Shown: positions 56,098 to 64,000 of the stretch, in pieces
Layout: each line of letters opens with the position of its first letter
How positions within the stretch are numbered: the stretch's first letter is position 1
NCBI GenBank assembly: GCA_023213395.1
Contig: CM041465.1
Span: 123,511,741-123,575,740 of the forward strand
Direction of reading: 5' to 3'
Length of the DNA: 64,000 nucleotides
Origin: Cycas panzhihuaensis
Taxonomy: Eukaryota; Plantae; Cycadophyta
Made by a program: the position numbers and the translations under genes
Notes under the pieces: model-generated
Database searches by the model: none
What the model was told of the DNA's origin: nothing
The model's input: only the letters and a program-made list of their open reading frames with translations

Positions 56098-59000
56098 TAT
56101 TAAAATTATCTAAGACCACCTTCATTTCTTTATATCTTTGTAATCTAATGTTTGTATTATATATTAATGGACCCTTGATGTAATTAATTCACATTTGATA
56201 TTGAGGTCGAGTCCACTTCTTGTGTTGTTAGGTCGGCCTATCAAATTATCATCTAACATCAACCAATAGCTATATATTATGCCTCATACCTTTGTACGCT
56301 ATATTGATTTGATGTTAATGCAAAATGTCTACCTACAAGAGAGCCTTACTATGTGATGAATTCACCCATAACCTTGCCAGTCACTTTGTTTTTATTTACA
56401 TATTTCATTGATTATTTCAGTCATTTTGTTTGATATATATTGATCAATACACATGTATTAAAGATTATAACGTTCTTATCATGGTATCAGAGCTATATGT
56501 ACTTAATTTGAAGTATGTTTAATGTTTTAAAGCTCTTCTGCTCACTTGTTTTCAAGTTTTTGGTAAAATATCTAAATCTCATATAGTGCTGAAGTAAAAC
56601 ATACCTGGTTGTAGTTGATTACAACCTCTTATAGTAACTTGTTTGCTTGTTTACACTCATATGGGATGTAAATCAAAGATTATTGAAGAAAATGAATGAA
56701 AAATGAGTATTTTTCATTCACTACAACCCAATTATTGATTGTTTCTTCTTGTTGGAGCTTCACCTATGCTTGTGGCATCCCTACACCCACTATTATTGCC
56801 TGTTAGAGGAGATTTGAGGTGATTTTAGGCTTTGTCTACATTCGTTTCACTTAGTTTAGCCTATGCATAACCCTAGACTTCAGTAATATTGTTCTCATTA
56901 TCTAAAGTCTCTTTTCATGATCTGTCACCTCCAGTGGCTACATATATGCCCTATGCCCCCTACTATGTAATATCATTCTATTTGGTGGCCTTTTGATTAG
57001 GTATCTAAGCTCTCGAAGCTCCACAGGACTCGCACGCCTCACGTGCAGGCCGTGTAGACAAAGAACATTTAAAATTTCATATTTTTATCACATATTCAGA
57101 CCTTTAATCATATGATATTAAATTTGATTGAAATCTCAACTTAAATCCACATGTAACCCCCTTCTTTGGGCATATTCAGCTCTCATATAACCTTTTTTTT
57201 TTACTTAAGGGCAAACACCAAACTTTGATAAGCTGGATTTAATTATTTTTTGTAATTGAAAAAATAATTTAGCTACATTTAATAATTTTTCAAGTTTGCC
57301 AGCCCCCTAGAAATGTTAGTAGGTGGTCATGTGTAGCCAACAAGCAACTGGAGGCCAAATTCAATGGGGATTTAACCCCAATTTCACTTATGTTTTACCA
57401 TAAAGAGGTTTCTAATATCTTTGCAATCGTACATCCATTTTGCGAACCACTTAGACCATTAGAAAGTAGATTCATAGCTCTACAACTTAGAATCAAATTG
57501 AGTTAAATTTGGAGTTAATTTGTAGGACATATTAGTTGCTAAAGTTAGCCTTTATGATTGAGCTTTTTGAGCCTTATTTTTTAAGTTTTTAAGGCTTTTT
57601 TCAATTTCTTTGAGGTTCATTTACTAGTTTAGGCTGCGACTAATCTTTTTTAACTATCTAATTTTAATTTTTAAGGATAATTAGTGCATGGTAATGTTTC
57701 TTGTATAGGTGTTGCTCTTCAAAGGTTGATGAAGTTCACTTTTAAAGTCTGACTTATTAAAGAGCTTTTTAAACCTACCATTGTCATTTCAGTTTACTTT
57801 ATTTCATTTTCATTTCATTTATTACTTTAAAAGGAACCACTTATTTATAAGAAACTCACTTTAAAAATTAAATTTTCACATTAAAAAGATAACTCTCGAA
57901 TTGAACCCCCTTTTCTTATCCTTATAAGGAGAACGATTATAACCCCTAAAGTTACCACCCCGCGCATGCCCTTAGCCTACTCATGTTGGATGAGTAACAT
58001 CATTAACTATTAGGTATATTAGGTGGCAGATTGAGGCAAAGACCTTATCCTCTGGAGTTTGAAGACCAAGCTAAACTTAGAGGGGTGAGTGCCTTGGTTA
58101 GTAAGTTCTCACTGCTAGATTTGTCATGGATATAAGTTTGACGCAAGTGGGAAAATAAATTAGAGGGGTCTTAAGACTTTCTTTATAGCCTACATACTAA
58201 GGTATATCGAGCCTTTAAGCTTATATACTAATATATCAGGTCCCTAGTTGGCCACTTGTGGGCAGGTGTCACTAGACAGAATAGTAACTGAGAACTTTCC
58301 TAGAGATCCTTAACCTTAGAATTCTAGATTAGAAGCTACTTAGGTAGATTAGTACCTTATTACAAAAAGACTTTAAAGACATAAAATCAAACACCAAAAC
58401 CTTTTAAACATGGCATCACAAATACTCCTTTCAAATAGCATTATACCATAGAATAAGTTAGTTAAAAACTTTCTTATCATGAATGAATTTTATGTCTATG
58501 TTAATGGGGACATACCCCTTCCTATATTTATACAAGACCCTAATGATTCCACTAAAATAATCCCACCAGATCCTGTAGCCTTAACAAACTTTAAAGCTAA
58601 GGATAACATTGCATTATCCTTCCTCCACTTGGCAGCTGAAGACCAAGTGGACTAAAACATTGAAACTACCTAAACATTCATGAGGTATGGAATATACTTT
58701 GTGCCCTCTATGAGAGAAAAGATGAATCTAGATCTTTAACACTCAAAGCTTGTCTATTTTATATGCCTTTTGCTAGAAATATTACCAACCATTTAACTAA
58801 AGTAAAAACAATTCAAAATTAGTTGATTATCCTTGGTGAGCCACCTTCTAACCACAACTTGATTTCTAGCATCATTAATAGTCTACCTATTAAATATAAC
58901 TCTTTTATATCCAAGCTACATGACAATTACTCCAAGTTAGACTTTATAACCTTTGAGTGGCTCTTGCTTCAAGGGGAAAACATACTCAATCAACTAGGGG

Positions 59001-62000
59001 TAACATCAACATCTGACTCAGCTCCCATCTTTGCTGCCCAAAACTTAGAAAATGGTAAGTCTGTTAATAAAGTAGCCCATCAACTTAGTTAGAAACAAGA
59101 CCTAGCTCAACACTTAGACTCTCTTTCCATATTATAAGAGTCACATTAGTAGCCAACTCAATAACAACTTGTTGGTATTTCCTCCTCCTCATATCTAATT
59201 TAGTAGTCTTAATAGTCTCAACACTAATCATAGGGACAATCTCAAAAGAATCAACAGGGCAAACCAAATGTCACCTACCTCTACTGTGACAAAACTAAAC
59301 ATCTAGTTGTTGAACGCAGGAGATGACAGAGTAATGTATAACTCTTACAGAACTAAGGGAGCCAAGCATATAGACCATATTATCAATAATCGCCTCTTAT
59401 TTATTAATAAGGAGCACCCTCATATCATCAAGGAGGTCCTAGTTACGCTCAACAAAAACAAGGAGTTTCTTATAAATAACGAGGACCATGCCCTCTTCAA
59501 TGAACCCCTTGTCCATAACAAGGAGACCCTCTTTTTCAATAAGGAGGCTCTTATTATCAACAAGGTTATCCTATTCAACAATAAGGAGGCCTTTTCTACC
59601 CACAAGAAGAACCATCATACCAACCTCAAGGCCAATGCTATCAATAGAATTAGAATCCAAGACCTAGATAAGGACAAAGACCTCAAAATAGGCAATGGTT
59701 CTCAAATAGAAATTAAAGGAACCAATAAAATAATCAACAACAAGATGGAAACATAGAAGATAGTCAAGACTCCTCCTCCCATAACCTATTTTTTATAATA
59801 CTATCCTCACAACTTGACGAGACTACATGGCTCCTTGATTCTGGTATAACGAGACACATGACATGTTCAAAAAAAATGTTAGAGAAGATCCATCCAATCA
59901 ATAATCAATCAGTCATATTTAGGGACAACTTGACTTATAATATGACCAAAATTAGTAGGGCATGAATAACATTGAAGGACTCTAATATTAGACACCATAT
60001 AAATAATGTGTTCCTTGTACCTGGTATGAAGATGAACCTACTTTCTATCAGCCAAATGGACAAGTAGAACTTAGATGTCTTCTTTAGCTAGGGCATTTAC
60101 AAAATTACCAACCATAATATAGGCAATCTTGTGGCCACTGGACATGAAGATGGTGCCTTATATAGGTTGGATGGTGTCCCATTTGCCTCTACTCTGTAAC
60201 ATGAACCCTATTCCATGTCTAACTCAACTCAATCTGATAAAGGAAAGGATGTAATTGATGAAGAGTCCCCTTGCATATAAGAACTAAGAGAATGTTCCCA
60301 TTCAAATAGCTCCAAATCTTGAACCTCATGTCTAGGTTGAAAATGGTATATGACCTACCTAAAATCAAGAGACACCATAATATATATGAGGCCTGCCTAA
60401 AGGGAAAGCAACAAAGAGAAAAATTCCCTTCCAAGAATGTATGGGGAGCTTCACAACTATTAAGGTTGGTCCACTCTGACATTTGTGGTCCTATGTCTAT
60501 TCAATCTCTCAATAAAAGCTAGTATTTCATCACCTTCATAGATGACTTCTCAAGAAAAGTGTGGGTCTATTACTTGAGAAATAAATATCAAACCCTAAAC
60601 ATATTCAAAGAGTTCAAAGCTACTATAGAAAATAAAAATGGAATGAAAATCAAGATCCTTAGATCTGATAATAGTGGTAAGTACATTTCAAATCAGTTTA
60701 ATAATATTTGCAAAGAACATGGCATCCAACATCAATTCTCTGCTCCTCGCATGCCTCAGTAGAATGGTACAACTGAAAGGATGAATTAGACTTTGATCAA
60801 TAAAGGGAAATCCATGCTTAGTATTATTATCCTTGCTACCAAATTTTGGGTTGATACCATTTCCATTGCTATTTACTTAACCAATATAAGTCCCATAGTT
60901 GAGGTTTAGAACATTACTCCTAAAGAACATTGGTTAGGCCAAAAACTATCTGTAGCACACTTGAAAATCTTTGGATGCACGACATATAAACATGTACTAA
61001 AGGATAACACAAAGAAGCTTGATGACAAGAGCCTTAAATATGTCTTCCTTGGCTATGTATCGGGTTTCAAAGCCTATAAAGTATTTAACATAGTTGGTAA
61101 CCAAGCTTACATAACATAAGATGTAATCTTTATAGAAGAACCATAATAATTGACACCTCCTTGACCTCAAATTGTAGTAGCAGATGAAGTTGGTACATCA
61201 TAAGTGACTCTTGGATAAATTCTAGAGCCACTAGCACTAGCCTTCTCCTACACTCTAGGTCCCTCATTAGTTCTAACATCATATTCATCATCCACTCAAG
61301 CAAGTATAACCTTACCTCCCATTTCAATTGATGAACTTTAGGTGGAAGTTACTAGCTTTTAGCTACCTCCTAAATAGGTACAACAACTTTTAAAGGATGT
61401 TTCTCCTCCTCCTATAACTGCAAAAAGACCTTCCAAGATGAGACACTCTACAAACTTTTCCCTTTTAGTACATGTTCTTAAAATACTCGAGCCTTTCATG
61501 TTTGAGGAGGTAGTCAAAGACCAAACATGGAAAGTAGCTATGGATGAAGATATAAATTTTATCTTCAAAAATGACACTTATGAGCTGACTAAATTGCCAC
61601 CTAGGAAGAAAGTAATTAATTGTAGATGGTTGTACAAGACCAAATTCTATGTAGATGGTACCATAGAGAATCATAAGGCTTGCCTTATAGCAAGAGGTTT
61701 CAAACAATAGGAAGGAATTAATTATGACAAGACCTTTACACTAATAGCTAACATGACCACATTTCATTTGGTTATGTCCCTAGCAACCCAATTTGGATGG
61801 CTTGTTTACCAAATAGATATGAAGAGTACTTTCCTCGATGGAGAGCTTAAAGAAGAAGTTTTCTTGAAATAACCCCCAGGCTATGTTGTTTCAGGACAAG
61901 AAAACTTAGTTTGCAGACTCAAGAAATCCCTTTATGGACCTAAGCAGGCACCATGTACATGGTATGCAAAGATAGATACTTTTCTCACACAACATAGATT

Positions 62001-63397
62001 TAATCATTCACCCTCTGACCCTGATCTCTATATTCAGGTTAGAGATAATTTGATCATAATCATTATACTCTTTATGGACAACCTTGCTATCACTGGCAAT
62101 GATATAGATGGAATTTCCTAGCTTCAATCAGAATTAAAGAATAACTTTGAGATGATTGACCTTGGGCTACTCTACTACTTCCTTGGAATTAAAGTTTGTA
62201 AAGAACTAGGCCACATTCTCTTGAACCAAACTAAGTATGCCAATGAGCTCCTAGAAAGATTTAGGATAATAGAATATAAGCCAGTACCAATTCCCATAGA
62301 GATAGGAACCAAGTTAAACCTGGATGATCAAGGAAAACCTTTTGATCCCACTTTGTACTAGCAGTTAGTTGGGAGCCTCATTTATCTCACTCACACTTGC
62401 TTGGACATCTCATATGCTATAGGGATCTACTCTAGGTACATGACATAACCAAAAGCATCTCATTGGAAAGTAGCCACTAAGATCCTCAAATACATCCATG
62501 GTACATATCAGTTTTGCCTTAAGTACAACAAGACTAAATCACCTATTCTAAAGGCACATACAGATGTTGATTGGGCTAGTTGCCAGGATACTTAGCATTC
62601 AACTTCAGGTTATTGTTTTGATATAAACTCAACTATAAACCTAATGTTATCCGTTCCTCCACTAAAGCAAGATATAAAGTAGTTGTCCATGCTACAACGA
62701 AGTTGATTTAGCTTAGAGGATTCTCTTCAAGCTTAGACTTCAACAATGTACACCTACCATCTTGTACTGTGACAATTAAAGTGTGTTGAAGATGACAAAG
62801 AATTTTGTATTCCATGCTAGAACCAAGCACATTGAGGTCCATCATCACTTCATCTATGAGAATTTCTAGAATGGAAAAGTTGATCTTATCTACCGTCCTA
62901 CTGAAAACCAGGTCACCGGTATCATCACCAAAGCACTTGGTAAACTAAAGTTTAAACAGTTTAGACATGACCTCAGTATCTGAAGAAATGAAGTTGCTAT
63001 TAATGGAGGGTGTTGAAACTATCTAATACCACCTTCATTTCTTTATATCTTTATAATCTAATGTTCATATTATATATTAATGGACCCTTGATGTAATTAA
63101 ATCACATTTGGTATTGAGGTTGGGTTTGCCTCTTTTGTCATTAAGTCAACCTATCAAATTGTCATATAACATTGGTAGATGGCTATATATTATACCCCAT
63201 ACCTTTATACATTATATTGATTTGATGTTAATGTAAAAGCTCTACCCAAAAGAGAGCCTTACGGTATGATGAATTCACATGTAACTTTGCTAGTCACTTT
63301 GTTTTGTTTATTTGCATATTTTATTGATTATTTTAGTCATTTTGCTTGATATATATTGATCAATGCACATGTATTAAAGATTATAGTATTCTTATTA
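56098..63397 (+). mobile_element. Copia E: full-length decayed Ty1/copia element with 1.9 kb leader; LTRs 56098-56482 and 63011-63397; gag-pol ~58410-63010
   Basis: Perfect TSD TCCTC, PBS TGGTATCAGAGC 56483-56494, PPT GGAGGG, WLLDSGITRHM protease, LVHSDICGPM, LRSDNSGKY, RT and ARTKHIEVHHHF RH. Confidence 0.95.
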
Positions 63398-64000
63398 TCC
63401 TCTGCGTGATATCATTTTATAGCTATATTTTCATTCTCACAACTTCATTGAGTGATCATATGATTTGCATAACTCCTTTCGCAGCTCCTTGAGTAACCCA
63501 CAATCGTACAAAGCTACTTCAACATGATCTTCTCTATGTGATGCTCAACAAATATATTTTTGTCTCTACTACATGATTTTCATAATCCCTATTGGGCCTT
63601 TGTTGTATGATCTCATACCTCTATTATCATGACTACCTTGTATAAGTAACATAATATCTCTAAATGAAGCCTCTATTTTATAAAAAAAATGATCCATAAA
63701 CACAATTTAGTTGAGTGATATAATCTGGTACTTCTACAAGAATTCCGTTGCATATGAGCTTGTATTTGACATCTTTGATTTCAACCTGCAATATGGGTGT
63801 GAGGTCGATTGAGTTTTAGAGGCAAATAGAAATAGAAACTAGGTATTTTTAATGGTGAATTTTATCGATTAATTTAGAATGGAGGATTTAGACAAAATTG
63901 TTCACTTTAACTCGTTACAGTTCATTATTCGTTTGATGAAACAACTATATATCATTGCTTAAATTAAGTCTAGATATGTGATCCTTTCACTAGAAGAATT

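Noticed and set aside
57950-58320. Possible hammerhead ribozyme (retrozyme)
   Set aside because: No CUGANGA...GAAA core with proper stems found by eye.
59307-59756. 149 aa N/K/I-rich ORF
   Set aside because: Shadow frame of the Q/G/Y-rich gag repeat; the biologically relevant frame is the one continuing into protease.

Overview
Eukaryotic land-plant nuclear DNA, probably gymnosperm (inferred from the TE lineages, not proven). The first 1.3 kb is the 3' end (TM plus non-RD kinase, two exons) of an LRR-XII-type receptor kinase with a frameshift. The rest is almost entirely decayed, nested retroelements. (1) A 16 kb minus-strand Tat-type Ty3/gypsy element (1419-17466) with ~3 kb LTRs; it has lost protease and the RT core and carries a divergent accessory pair in its 3' region: a separately encoded archaeal-type RNase H and an antisense, apparently intron-containing plant-mobile-domain gene. 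(2) A 5'-truncated RNase-H-bearing L1. (3) An old gypsy pol relic. (4) A Reina-like chromovirus split by two copia insertions (A, B). (5) A nest of three more copia elements (C containing D; E). The most notable observation: two unrelated-LTR copia elements carry host-gene fragments in the same slot, between PBS and gag, all antisense to the element. B carries intronless MPP-alpha plus USP; D carries MED33/REF4. Protein identities come from motif recognition by eye, not database searches.
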